From contig CAXXMV010000008.1 of the NCBI GenBank assembly GCA_963662285.2, forward strand, positions 672,001 through 736,000: a stretch of 64,000 bases of DNA. The letters run 5' to 3'. Source of the stretch: a bacterium (GTDB lineage: Bacteria; Hinthialibacterota; Hinthialibacteria; Hinthialibacterales; Hinthialibacteraceae). The translations under genes were made by a program, and so were the position numbers. The first letter of the stretch is position 1. Each line of letters begins with the position of its first letter. The notes below the pieces were generated by a model. The model was not told where the DNA came from. It searched no databases and saw only the letters and a program-made list of their open reading frames with translations. Shown here one piece after another: positions 38,001 to 47,751 of this stretch.

Positions 38001-38377
38001 TAATTGGTACGGAAACGGTTCTCCTGGTAGAAGATGACAAGGGAGTACGCCAGTCAGTCACACGGATGCTGCAAAAATATAACTATACCCTTGTAATAGC
38101 GGCTAATGCTAAGGAAGCCATAGAGAATTATGAAAAATATGATGGAAAGATTGATTTTCTCTTGACTGATGTGGTGATGCCTGGCATTAGTGGAAGAGAA
38201 CTGGCCTCTCACCTGTTATCTTTGAATCCGATGCTGAAAGTCCTCTATATGTCAGGTTACACTGACAACGCCATTCTTCACTACGGTATTTTGGATCAAG
38301 GAATCCATCTCATACAGAAACCTTTCGACCACATAAGTTTGGCTCGAAAAATACGTCAGATATTGGATAAAAAGTAA
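35075..38377 (+). CDS. Hybrid kinase REC-PAS-GAF-PAS-HisKA-HATPase-REC (paralog of 30681..33488)
   Basis: N-terminal REC-PAS aligns by eye with 30681..33488; Cys-rich GAF (YLECMCGNILCG); AGGIAHDFNN; GTGLGL; C-terminal receiver. Confidence 0.92.
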   Translation: MKSMNVNHIEKITIQVVEDSPTQSERLKYLLEEHGFHVRIACSCEEGLTQIKLQKPNLILCDIVMPGMDGYEFCHAIKTNDELKAIPVILLTRLSDPVDIIRGLEVMSDDYVIKPYDDSSLLSKIEKWLYTSASLGIQVEEDCCKVNLGGTDYSIHSSRQQMLNVLLSTYENAINKNRELIKTQSELSTLNQKLEGTIRELQVSEDRFVTLVMTIPDIVYKLDEKGRFTFINNAVCSLGYTPEELIGVHFSTIVKPEDADGVSRVSVLSQLEGRETGDDRSPQLFDERRTGDRKTTDLEVRIVCKNPKEKRQEIFEPLNQDYIIAKIRSSGLYELNPDTNNRVVFGTVGVIHNITELKRIQRELQQSHDELEIRIQKRTTDLVRVNKTLKSEISIREQIEEQQNLISRILSILNQPYQSTKAIEQILFLIKEHMGIEAVGIRLREGEDFPYYVTSGFSENFIKAERYLCSHDSDGEMIRDSQGNPYLECMCGNILCGRTNPSLPFFTRNGSFWTNDTTELLASTSEIERQTRTRNKCNSEGYQSVALIPLRSGKLIIGLLQLNDHKPNRFDGKSIAFLEEVGFSIGVALSRKQREEVIQKNEALYRTLIDSLPQYIFLKNDQYEFVSVNSSFCDLLGMKADDILGKTDHDLFSKTLADKYRDDDQRVFETGEMQELIEENIVGDNKKWVEVVKVPIKNADGLVTGVLGIFWDITERKNLEEQLRQSQKMEAIGQLAGGIAHDFNNLLMVIKGNCSFASQGLDPEDARFKDIEDIKLAAEHATALTRQLLAFSRRQVLQPVVLSINDLLVNMDKMLRRLIGEDIVLETISNPSLGFVKADPGQIEQIVMNLAVNARDAMPNGGRLTFETANITFDKNYIHNHQDALLGSYVMLAVSDTGCGMDEKTKERIFEPFYTTKEMGKGTGLGLATIYGIVKQSEGCIYVYSELGKGTTFKVYLPRIEEGIEIRKEFRSEGSLIGTETVLLVEDDKGVRQSVTRMLQKYNYTLVIAANAKEAIENYEKYDGKIDFLLTDVVMPGISGRELASHLLSLNPMLKVLYMSGYTDNAILHYGILDQGIHLIQKPFDHISLARKIRQILDKK

Positions 38378-39475
38378 ATGATCTCTCGGACAGTACAGCG
38401 GGAAATTCGTTCTATTGCGGATATCGACTAATGAACGGCTGGCGTCTCCAAACATGGGATAACCGAGGTCGGGCGTGGCGATCCAGAAAATGTAGTCATA
38501 CATTTTCCTCACGCGATCCTTGTAGGCCGGGGATACGTCAATACCGGCGGATTTCATCCGCCCCATAATCTCCACGGCGTCACGTAAAACTCCGGAATGA
38601 TAGCCACCCGACCACTCCCGCTGCACGCCATCTTCCGTGGTTTGCTCGAGCAGGTTTTCTTCAACGCGCTGTAACGCCAACCTCATCCAACGCTTGCTAT
38701 CTTGGAATTCCGGGAATGTATAAGCAATGTTAATGAATCCACGCTGCTCGAATATGGCCTTGTTGTGCACCTGATTCATAGGAAGCAACTCGGTTTTGAC
38801 TTGGTGATCGTAGAGGCTGGCTAACATAATCCCGAGAAATTCCGGCGTGAATGACTTCGCATGGACAAACGAGAGGAAAACCTGACAAAGGTTGGTGGCC
38901 CGGATTCCGGTCTGGATATCCAACCAGGGGAATCCCCGCCAGTAGGTATACACAGGATGAGTTTGCCGATATTTTTCCAAAGGATGTTTTGTGATCCAAT
39001 CGGTCGTCAATTCAACAAAGGCTTGCGCGTATTTCTCATCCCGCGTACTTTCATAAGCGGAAGCGAGTGTCTTAGCCCAATAAAACCGGTAAATGGCGGC
39101 CACCCATTCAATATCCCCGCGCGGATCCCATTCCCAGTTCATATCTTTTCCATAATCCGCCGCATCATAAGGACCCCACTTAAATATATGGTCGACCATA
39201 TCGTTGGCTTCGGCAATTATCCTCGAATTGGGATTCGGGTTTTGTTGTTGGGGATTTTTTGTTCGATAATAGGTCAGTAATTCAGCAAGCGCTTCAGCAG
39301 GCCGATCTTGTTGGACAGCGCTTTTGACCGATTCCAATTCCTTCTTGTCCAAATCTAATTTACTAAAAAGTTCCTGCGGGGGTAATGAATGCAATTCTAA
39401 ATCTATTGAGGGTGCGCACCATCCAGCTAAAGGCAGTAAGAATATTATGTATGCGTACAATACAGACTTTCGCAT
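38252..39475 (-). pseudogene. Heparinase II/III-family protein, N-terminal domain only (C-terminally truncated)
   Basis: Signal peptide; DEKYAQAF, W.DIQTGIRA.N, HNKAIFE, DGVQREWSGGYH, TPDLGYPMFGD. Family-like sequence stops near 38390 and the ORF runs on antisense 126 nt into the kinase gene. Confidence 0.7.
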
Positions 39476-39511
39476 GATTCAACCTCCTAATACTCTTATT
39501 TTCTTGATTTA

Positions 39512-42070
39512 TCACCACACCACCAGAGTTTGATTGATTGAAGGCGCAGTAGACGGCCACAGAATCTTCTGCCCATCATCCAGTTCGGCCTCCAGGTAGT
39601 ATTCCACTGCGCCTTGAGATTGGGCAGGCAGATTGACTCGGTAAGCCTGTCGGCTGCGATGCGCGGCGATTACCTTCTTAAACGCTCCTTCGCCCAGTGA
39701 ACGCCAATACAGATTGACTCCTGCGCTCTTCCGACTGGAAAGCACGAAGGCCCTGATTTCATACGGCTCATTAGCGCTCATTTGAGAGCCTTTTGACGAC
39801 GCAAAAATGCGTGAAGCCCCACGATAATTTGTGTTGATTACCGTTTCGACTGGCAATGGTTCTCCAAGAATCTCTGCAATGACGGCGTCGTGAGAGGTTA
39901 CAATGCGGGCGCGGGAACCACTCTCGATGCTTGAGATCGTCCCCACTTCGCCTGGCGATTTCGAGCAATTCACGAAAGCCGCAATCGTGTCTTCATAGTT
40001 GCGTGCAATCTCTATCCTGAGTGGAAGGATATCTGTCCGTACAAAATTAGTTTTGTTATCGGTCTCTTGGATCGCCTTTATTTCGTTCATCTTCGATGTC
40101 AGGCGAGCCGCCATCACCCACGTTCGCACGCGCAGGTGAGTGGCGCGAATGAAATTGAGCCAATAATCAAATCGGTCCAGATTCCCGGAGCCTTTAATGC
40201 GGGAGCGCAATGATTCCAATTCGCGCAACGGCGCAAAAAACTCGGCTATACTTGCATCAGTAGTTTTCGCCCCACCTGAAATCAACGCATTGATGCGTGT
40301 ATGACCGCCGTCGAAATTTTGCAGGATTCTTCCAGCTTTCGCTCCTGCGTCGCCACCGAACAAATTACGCCCCCAATCCGCCCAATAATCATCCATGCCG
40401 GGCATCTTGCCATCGACGGAGGAAGAGAAGGCGTTGTCGCCACAATCCCATCCAGCCCTCGCCAGAGCCATGATATTCGGCGATATCGCCGCCGTTCGCC
40501 AATGAATCGCCAACATGCCTTCACAACCGTAGCGATACGCATCCGACGAGTTGACCAGCATACGCTCGACCCAGAGTTGTAGATCCCAACAGGTGCAACA
40601 ATGAGCGCCAGCCGTGCCGTCATCCTCCGCCCAACCGATGACCCATTTGGGACGCTCTTTGATGACACCATAATGTTTTTCCACCGGATCGCCTCCAATA
40701 CCGGTATTAAGAGACGATATCGGCCAACTTTTTGGAGCGCGGCGATCCATCCAAAGCGCGTCATCGCGAGTCCCTAGACGCCAACCGCTGATCGCAAAGT
40801 TGAAAGGAGCGCGAACCGATTCGATCGCCGTTTCAACCAGTTTCAGGTCGCGTTCGACGTTCTCTCTCGTTGTCATTTCCCAACCTTGACAGCCTGGCTC
40901 CATTCCCAGCCAGACCTCCGGCGTCCAAAACCAATAATAGTCAATCGGCATCTTCCGCATAATCCGAAGAAACGTTCCCTCATACAAGCGTTCAATCACC
41001 GAAGGATCGTCCGGTTTCATCCCTTTGGACTCCAAACGAGCGGCTAGTTCTTTGGGAACGCCGAGAGGAAGTTCGGTTCCGATCGCGGTCTTGATGCCAA
41101 GACGCCGGGCTTGAGTGAAAACGCGTTTCTGAAAATCGCCGTATCGGTTAAACATGGCAATGCCCGCTTCCCCGGTCTGGGGCCAATCCAGGCAGTCCAG
41201 CATATAGTCTGGAGCGTAGTCATCGTTTTCAAACAGCAAACCCGCGCCGGAAGCATACTGACTGGTCGGAAAAGGTTTTACGGCCCAGCCGCGTCGGGTA
41301 GTCACGACGCCGGCCTCATAACCGAATCGAACATTGCCCTGGCTATCCACATCTTCGGGCAATCCCGTCCAGACATTGGCCTCAGGTCCTGTGGAAGGGT
41401 TCCAACTCGGATAGGCGTGAAAGCCAATGAAGTTCATCCGTAATTTTGCCATTTGCGCCAAGACAGTCTGATAATCGTTTAGATTCCACCAGTCAGGCCC
41501 GACGGAAAAATCATGAAAAGGCTGAAGACCGCGTAATGCAAAACGAGGCTTACTGGTTTCGTTTAATTCAGACCAGTCGCCAGCCAACAACTCGTCAGGA
41601 ATAACATCTTCATCCAGGCCGAAGCGCACTCCCAGTTTCTCGGCGAACCGGTATGCGCCATACAAAACGCCCCTCTCATCTCCTCCCACGATCCACCAAA
41701 TGGTATCGCCTTTCGATGGACTGGTCTTCAATGTAAATTGCTGCGGCTCCAAGTCCCGCCCCATTTCGCCGCAAAAGGATAGATTCTTAACCGACACGGC
41801 GATACGGTCGCCGCGAGTAGCTCCTTTTTGCACTTGCATCAACTTGCCTGTGCGCAAATAGACATAGCGCCTCACTTCATTAGCCGCTAACGTTTCCATG
41901 GACGAAGCATCTTGCCTGATAGTTATGATCTCAGGTGGGCGCAGGGAGAAACGGTTGACTCGTGGAGCAGTGGCTTGCGTCAAATCCGCTAAGGATTTTA
42001 ACTGCACGATACCCATGCAGATCGTTATTAAAATAAAAACTTCCGATATTTTTTTCAAATGACTCATCAT
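39512..42070 (-). CDS. Secreted putative glycoside hydrolase (GH67/GH20-like N-terminal domain plus TIM-barrel-like core)
   Basis: Start reassigned to MMSHLKK (SD GGAAGG); signal peptide; ETLAANEVRRYVYLRTG and IVGGDERGVLYGAY (N-terminal module typical of GH67/GH20/GH115-like enzymes); PRFALRG..MAKLRMNFI. Confidence 0.65.
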   Translation of the reverse strand: MMSHLKKISEVFILITICMGIVQLKSLADLTQATAPRVNRFSLRPPEIITIRQDASSMETLAANEVRRYVYLRTGKLMQVQKGATRGDRIAVSVKNLSFCGEMGRDLEPQQFTLKTSPSKGDTIWWIVGGDERGVLYGAYRFAEKLGVRFGLDEDVIPDELLAGDWSELNETSKPRFALRGLQPFHDFSVGPDWWNLNDYQTVLAQMAKLRMNFIGFHAYPSWNPSTGPEANVWTGLPEDVDSQGNVRFGYEAGVVTTRRGWAVKPFPTSQYASGAGLLFENDDYAPDYMLDCLDWPQTGEAGIAMFNRYGDFQKRVFTQARRLGIKTAIGTELPLGVPKELAARLESKGMKPDDPSVIERLYEGTFLRIMRKMPIDYYWFWTPEVWLGMEPGCQGWEMTTRENVERDLKLVETAIESVRAPFNFAISGWRLGTRDDALWMDRRAPKSWPISSLNTGIGGDPVEKHYGVIKERPKWVIGWAEDDGTAGAHCCTCWDLQLWVERMLVNSSDAYRYGCEGMLAIHWRTAAISPNIMALARAGWDCGDNAFSSSVDGKMPGMDDYWADWGRNLFGGDAGAKAGRILQNFDGGHTRINALISGGAKTTDASIAEFFAPLRELESLRSRIKGSGNLDRFDYWLNFIRATHLRVRTWVMAARLTSKMNEIKAIQETDNKTNFVRTDILPLRIEIARNYEDTIAAFVNCSKSPGEVGTISSIESGSRARIVTSHDAVIAEILGEPLPVETVINTNYRGASRIFASSKGSQMSANEPYEIRAFVLSSRKSAGVNLYWRSLGEGAFKKVIAAHRSRQAYRVNLPAQSQGAVEYYLEAELDDGQKILWPSTAPSINQTLVVW

Positions 42071-42217
42071 ATTTCCTTCCTGCATTACGTTTTCATGACA
42101 TGCATTTTGCTGTTCTTTGCAAAAATTATATTGTAAGGAATTTACATACTTTATTTCCGTCAAAGAACGATCGGGGCGATTCTGCCAGCAATCCAAATCA
42201 CTACGCTGTTCGATACA

Positions 42218-42720
42218 CTAGTCATCCGTCCATCTCTTATCCAGAGACGGATAGGAATCGAAATAAGGAACTTGCCAGAAATGGCCCCTGTCGTATAAAG
42301 AGCGCGACCTTGGCCCGTAGCAAAAGGTCTCTTTTCGGTAACGCTTCACTTTGCAGAACTTATACTCTATCTCAACAGCCGACTTGTTGGCCCGCATACA
42401 AGCGAAGCACTGCTTCCGCCAATGTTTGATATCAAGCAAACAAGCGCCACGCCACTCAATTCGGTGGGTGGCAGACATAGAATAATCAGATTCTCGCCAG
42501 TCTCCCCGTCATCTGTTGTCTGCAATGTTTCAAAAATCTCGATCGGCTCGATGACCTCTACATTATCCGATACGGGATACGAATCCTTGATCAAATCGAA
42601 AATGTATTTTCTCGATCCCTGTTTTGCGAATTCGGTCGAGGAGATTTCGATCATTTTTCCGATACAGAAAATATCATCCTCTTCGGAGAAGGGATAATGA
42701 ACCTATTCGATCCGTCTTCC
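42218..42720 (-). pseudogene. Fragmented hypothetical gene
   Basis: Two overlapping minus-strand ORFs (42367..42654, 42218..42478) in different frames plus an upstream in-frame stop suggest one decayed gene; family not recognised. Confidence 0.3.
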
Positions 42721-42741
42721 CTCAATATTCATATTGTTTTC

Positions 42742-42966
42742 CTAGAACGAAATTGAATCGTCCCTCTGTTGGGGCCGTTCCGCATCCATAGGGATATAGG
42801 CGTCACACTCAAAAGTCTCCTCATCATCTTGGTCAAGCCGGTTCAAGTTGCACATGGGCTCTTGCGCAGAATCGTCTTTTAGTCGGCATATCACACTGAG
42901 CGAAGGCATTTTTATAAAATCTGGATTGATACAATCACCATCATCATCAAAATATTCAAGAGACAT
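42742..42966 (-). CDS. Small acidic Cys-containing hypothetical protein (74 aa)
   Basis: Start reassigned to MSLEYFDDDGD (SD GGAGAAGG); pattern LSVIC..MCNLNRLDQ..FECDAY. Confidence 0.6.
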   Translation of the reverse strand: MSLEYFDDDGDCINPDFIKMPSLSVICRLKDDSAQEPMCNLNRLDQDDEETFECDAYIPMDAERPQQRDDSISF

Positions 42967-43198
42967 AATTCCTTCTCCATACGTTTCAGAAAATCTACTA
43001 TTGGATTTAGAATAGACCAATCTGCTGATTTTGAAAATCTTTTCGGGAATTGTCGGCTACATGCTCAGTTAAATCCAGGGTCAGATCGAACGTTTCACAT
43101 ATTATAATGATTGCCGAATAGGTTTGTCAGATCACGAAAAGACTCATCTGCGCTTTTTATCTGCTGTTTTGTTTTTTTTACGAATCTTTTGTTCAGGT

Positions 43199-45355
43199 TT
43201 AGCGCAGCATTCCAAGCTGATTTCGTTCCTTACATTCCTGCAGGCCGATACGGTCAAACGGGATCGGTTTGAATCCTGTTTCCCAGGCGGGTGAATCCTT
43301 TGGCAGTTGGAAACCGGTCTTTGGATCTCCAATCTGTTTCCGGTTGTTGGTCACAAAGTTACCATGAATATCAAATAGTGTCTCCTTCGCATGCCAGGTG
43401 ATTTCGATCCAGTCACCCATACAAACATTGTGAGCAATCACATTGCCTTCAGGCGGAACGCCTGTGAAGGCGTCACCGGCGATGGCGGCGCCGCCGGGTG
43501 AACCGTAATAGGCGTCAAGAGTCTTCATTTCGGGATAGCGCTTCCGGTATAGATCGAGAGGAACAGAGTTCAATCTGTCGCGCATGGTTTTATCCACCAT
43601 ATTGCGCCAAACCTGACTTGTATCCAGGCCACGGCCATCCGCCCGAACTGCTGGATCGCAGTCCACAAAAAGATTGTTTTCGACGCGATGATCGCGTCCG
43701 CCGCCAATAAACATCGCCCAATGAGCCTTATAGAACACATTGCCGAACACTTCCGTCCCGCTGATGCAATCATCCATATACACACCCATTGATCCCATTC
43801 CCACGCCGCCGGTTTCGTGGATGTAATTATGGCGTATGCGGTTGCCCCGGAATGTATAGTCCCGTCCTGTGTAGATTGCGCCGACATCACCAGTCTCCAA
43901 AGCTATGTGATGGATGTCGTTAAATTCAATGAGATGATCATTGCCCCAAAACAGGATGGCGCAATGGGGATGGTCATGAATTAGATTGTTCGACGCGCGC
44001 AAGCCAACGCCAGTCATGGAGACGGCGGGTACATAACATTTCGACCAGCGGCCCAGCCTTGCGAAATGGCAGTTCTCCACATAATGACCGCCTGGGGTGA
44101 GTGTTTGACGATCTCCACCCTCCAGGCTGACGCCGCCATCTCCGGTGTCAAAGATATCACAGCTTTGCACTCCGTGGTTCTTGCCGCCGCTAATCATGAC
44201 GGCCCAGTCGCCGATATTGCATACGAGACAACCCGCAATCCGATTGCCTTCTCCGCCGTTGATCTCAAAAGCGTTGCCCCGGGTTCCTTCAAAGACAATA
44301 CCGCGCATTGTGACATGGCTTGCGTCTTTAAGCGTCACAAGGGGCTGTTCCAATAGTGAAAATAACGCTTCGCCTGATTCAATCGGGCTGGGAGGCCAGA
44401 AATAGAGTATGCCCGCCTTTTTGTCCACATACCACTCGCCGGGTTCGTCAAGTTCCTCCAGGATGTTGAGGAAATAAAAACGCTGTTTTTTGTTAAATCC
44501 ATAATTCCCATAAGGTTCCGCTGTTCGGATGAATCGGCGCGTCACGTCTAATTCGGCGATCCGCTCATAACTGTTCGCCCAGTCATAAGCCCAATAGCCA
44601 TGAATCCAAATGTTTTCCTTGCTCTTCCATCGCGCTGGCCGGTCGCTTTCATAAAAAAATCCTCCCTCAAGCGATCCGATGTTCGTTCCGTGGCCATCAT
44701 CTGTACCGGTCTCTCTGGGAAAGTCTTGGATGTGTTCCCAATTACCCGCATTCGGCCAGCGCGCCAGCGTCATCGGCCGACTGTCAAAAAACAACTCTCC
44801 ATGAGCGGGCAGAGTCGGCCTGCCGAATCCGCGTGATTTCAACGCGCCGAAATCATGGATGCCCTGGATGCGTAGATCGGCCTGCAGAACGTTTTCCCGC
44901 GCGGATTCTTCGAGACGTTCGAGCAAATCACTGTCCGTGACCTTTGTGAATCCTTTAAGAACAGTTCCGCCGAGGATTCGCACTCGTTCGTTTTTGTAGG
45001 CTCGCCACACAATAGGCGCATCCGGCGTTCCCGAATCTTCGGCTGAAAGTTCCAGTGATTTGCTTCTGATATAGTCGCCGCCGCGAAGCCAGATGGTTAA
45101 ACCGTTATCGGGCAGGACTGCATTACGCTTGATTTCCCGTACCGCGTCACGGGCTCGTTCCAGCGTAGCAAATGGTTTTTGCTCCGTCCCTGCATTATGA
45201 TCGTCTCCCTTGGGCGATACGAAGATATCCGCGTTAGCGGTTATGCTTAAAAGCCATAACGCCAAAATCCCCATCAAACTCAGCGCCTTCGATGAATGCT
45301 TAATCTCATATATTTTTTCAGACAAACACGATCTGTCACAATACGTTGTCTTCAT
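43199..45355 (-). CDS. Secreted right-handed parallel beta-helix protein (carbohydrate-active-like)
   Basis: Signal peptide; IFVSPKGDD.NAGT..KPFATLERARDAVR; LARWPN; NILEELDEPGEWY; DVGAIY; GVYMDD. Confidence 0.8.
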   Translation of the reverse strand: MKTTYCDRSCLSEKIYEIKHSSKALSLMGILALWLLSITANADIFVSPKGDDHNAGTEQKPFATLERARDAVREIKRNAVLPDNGLTIWLRGGDYIRSKSLELSAEDSGTPDAPIVWRAYKNERVRILGGTVLKGFTKVTDSDLLERLEESARENVLQADLRIQGIHDFGALKSRGFGRPTLPAHGELFFDSRPMTLARWPNAGNWEHIQDFPRETGTDDGHGTNIGSLEGGFFYESDRPARWKSKENIWIHGYWAYDWANSYERIAELDVTRRFIRTAEPYGNYGFNKKQRFYFLNILEELDEPGEWYVDKKAGILYFWPPSPIESGEALFSLLEQPLVTLKDASHVTMRGIVFEGTRGNAFEINGGEGNRIAGCLVCNIGDWAVMISGGKNHGVQSCDIFDTGDGGVSLEGGDRQTLTPGGHYVENCHFARLGRWSKCYVPAVSMTGVGLRASNNLIHDHPHCAILFWGNDHLIEFNDIHHIALETGDVGAIYTGRDYTFRGNRIRHNYIHETGGVGMGSMGVYMDDCISGTEVFGNVFYKAHWAMFIGGGRDHRVENNLFVDCDPAVRADGRGLDTSQVWRNMVDKTMRDRLNSVPLDLYRKRYPEMKTLDAYYGSPGGAAIAGDAFTGVPPEGNVIAHNVCMGDWIEITWHAKETLFDIHGNFVTNNRKQIGDPKTGFQLPKDSPAWETGFKPIPFDRIGLQECKERNQLGMLR

Positions 45356-45445
45356 TTGGATATCGTCTCCCTTTTGTTTGTTCCCGAGTCATGGATCAAT
45401 CACAGATTGTGAATTGAAAGATTTAACTTATTTGTTAACATCCAG

Positions 45446-47374
45446 TCATTTTAATGCATCAGCATTGTACTGATCATATCCCTCTTCCATCCATTTCCAA
45501 ATCGCCTCATTCCATTGTCCGACGCGTTTTTTCTCCTGTTCTGTCTGTGCGAATGATTGAGCTTTATTTATCAGAGCGCCAAGTTGATTCATTCGATCTG
45601 CTGTTCCCAAGCGCGTCCAAGCGACATTTTTCCAATCGATGCCGTTGCGCTTATACAGAGGCGGCGGATAGTTCTTGGGATTGCAGGCGATCTCTTCAAT
45701 TAGTCGATAAAATTTCTCCATCGGTTCTGCAGCCGCGCCGAAATACCGGACAAAAAATTCATTCAAGATGGCGTCCTCATTCTGGTCTGGATCATCCCAA
45801 ATTTTGGCAATCACGTATCCTTCCAGCATGTCCTGTTCGCCGCACACGAAGATCCCCCGAATGCCGTCTTTGATGAACATCCTCATTGTCCGCACGGACT
45901 CATGCACCATCATGTTAGGAAAACATTTCCATTTATAAATCAAGGCTGGTTCCATCGGATGATGGTAGTAGTTCCATAGAAAGATCGGCGCTTTGGTTTT
46001 TTTCAACCAATCCTTATATAATTTCATATCGTTTTCGCGGATATCTTTGTGAATGGCGTAAAGGCACGTGTGCAGACAGGGAGCAACAGATACGTTAGGC
46101 TCAATATCGAAACCTTGGGGCGGCAAGGCGTAGTTCCAATAAGCGAGCGTCGCGATGTATTTATCGGGATGAGTTTTACGCACTTCCCTTGCAACGGCGT
46201 TTACGAAGGAAAAGAAATAGTTGCTGACCGTGCCGCTGCTGAACTGGCCGGTATTCATGTCCTTACCTGAGTTCAACAACGCCTTGCACCGTTCGCATTG
46301 GCAAAAGTTCGAATTGTCATCCGGAACAATCGCGAAATAATCACCTACCGCTTTCCAGCCCTCGGGTGCGTTCTTCTTGCCATCAAAGAAATCCCTCGCC
46401 ATCTGAGCAACTTCTTCGATCAGCAACGGATTGGTATAACAGAGTTGCGTTCCACGACCCGGTCCTTGCGCTTGGTACACGGGATTTTTAAACATGGCTT
46501 GAATGGTCTTGGGGTGGAACGTGTGGTTCCCTGCCCACTTCTCGCCGCCAAGACGCAAGCGCCGCCAAAACAGATATTTCTCAGATTGTGTTGTGGAGCC
46601 CCACTGGCTTTTCATGAACGGCCAATTGCCCGCCCAAAGAGCATCGCGATATTTTAGGGCTGGAGATCGTCGGATGTCTGTTCCCTTGACCGTAAGCGAT
46701 GTCTGCGAGGGAATAACGACGCTCGAGTCGTTTGGCCCATACCAGCGCACATTGCAAAACTGTTCGATAAAATGATATGCGGCGTAACATGTCCCTTGGT
46801 CATCGTAAACTCCCGGAAGTTCCATCTCGCCCGTGCTACGTTCCGGATATCCTACGGTTTTCCAGTAATCGATACGCTGCCGGGTATCTTCCAGAGTATT
46901 CCCGCAATTCATCGGACGGCCAAATTCTCGCCGATTAGACGCTGTATCTTCCCAATCGCGCCCAATAAGGATCAACGTGTTTGGCCGAAAAGCAATGAGA
47001 TATTCCTGTGGAGCGAAATCCTCTCCTTTAATCCCCAACTCACGCGTGGCTGCGCTATCTCCGATAAGCACGCGGTTTCCTTTGATTTTTTTGCTATCAG
47101 TGCGAATGGGCGCTTCAGCGCCCGTGATCTTCAGTATGTGGAATTGAAGTTCCAAGGCCGCCAGGCGAGCCGCCGGTGTCGGATTCTCCGACACGACAAT
47201 AGCGCACATAGGCTTTCCATTATGCGCCAGACAAAATTCGGATTCGGCAGATTCTGAGATCGCAAGCTGGCTGAAAATAGCGAATAAAACGCCTATCAGT
47301 ATGCTGAGAGGCAGAATGTATGATGTTGTTGATTTGAACATTTCCCTAGGCTCCTCGATGTTAGGCGCTACCAA
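45446..47374 (-). CDS. Secreted DUF4838-like protein (glycoside-hydrolase-like)
   Basis: Signal peptide; ARLAALELQFHILKITGA; QLCYTNP; PDDNSNFCQCERC; FVNAVAREV; TLAY; Y.IAKIWDDP; RYFGAAAEPM. The start may be ATG 47341. Confidence 0.75.
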   Translation of the reverse strand: MVAPNIEEPREMFKSTTSYILPLSILIGVLFAIFSQLAISESAESEFCLAHNGKPMCAIVVSENPTPAARLAALELQFHILKITGAEAPIRTDSKKIKGNRVLIGDSAATRELGIKGEDFAPQEYLIAFRPNTLILIGRDWEDTASNRREFGRPMNCGNTLEDTRQRIDYWKTVGYPERSTGEMELPGVYDDQGTCYAAYHFIEQFCNVRWYGPNDSSVVIPSQTSLTVKGTDIRRSPALKYRDALWAGNWPFMKSQWGSTTQSEKYLFWRRLRLGGEKWAGNHTFHPKTIQAMFKNPVYQAQGPGRGTQLCYTNPLLIEEVAQMARDFFDGKKNAPEGWKAVGDYFAIVPDDNSNFCQCERCKALLNSGKDMNTGQFSSGTVSNYFFSFVNAVAREVRKTHPDKYIATLAYWNYALPPQGFDIEPNVSVAPCLHTCLYAIHKDIRENDMKLYKDWLKKTKAPIFLWNYYHHPMEPALIYKWKCFPNMMVHESVRTMRMFIKDGIRGIFVCGEQDMLEGYVIAKIWDDPDQNEDAILNEFFVRYFGAAAEPMEKFYRLIEEIACNPKNYPPPLYKRNGIDWKNVAWTRLGTADRMNQLGALINKAQSFAQTEQEKKRVGQWNEAIWKWMEEGYDQYNADALK

Positions 47375-47526
47375 AACGCTTTTTAATCCTTTTGAGGATT
47401 ATACGATTTGAATTTACTGTCACAACCAATCTCTCATTAAACCAAATCATCTTTACAATAGTTCAAATATCAGATCATAATAACCGTAGATTTCTTATAG
47501 AAAACGTTCAATCAGCAAATCATACA

Positions 47527-47751
47527 ATACATTGTACAACAATTTATCGATGCCTGGAAAAGCAAAAAGCGGGGGATGCAGGTTTACGAAGAAAAACTGG
47601 TAGTGGACGTCCACGGAAATTAAAAGAACTGAATAGTAAACAAATGCAAGACATTATATTGAAGCCAGCTACTGAATATGGCTATGAAACGGATTTTTGG
47701 ACATGCAAACTTCTTCAAGAAGTCATCACGAATGAATTTAATAAGAATTAA
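47527..47751 (+). mobile_element. IS630-family transposase N-terminal (HTH) fragment
   Basis: IHCTTIYRCLEK..GLRRKTGSGRPRKL..ILKPATEYGYETDFWTCKLLQEVI matches IS630 winged-HTH motifs (GRPxKL, WT); no DDE domain; it ends against the WD40 stop. Confidence 0.75.
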
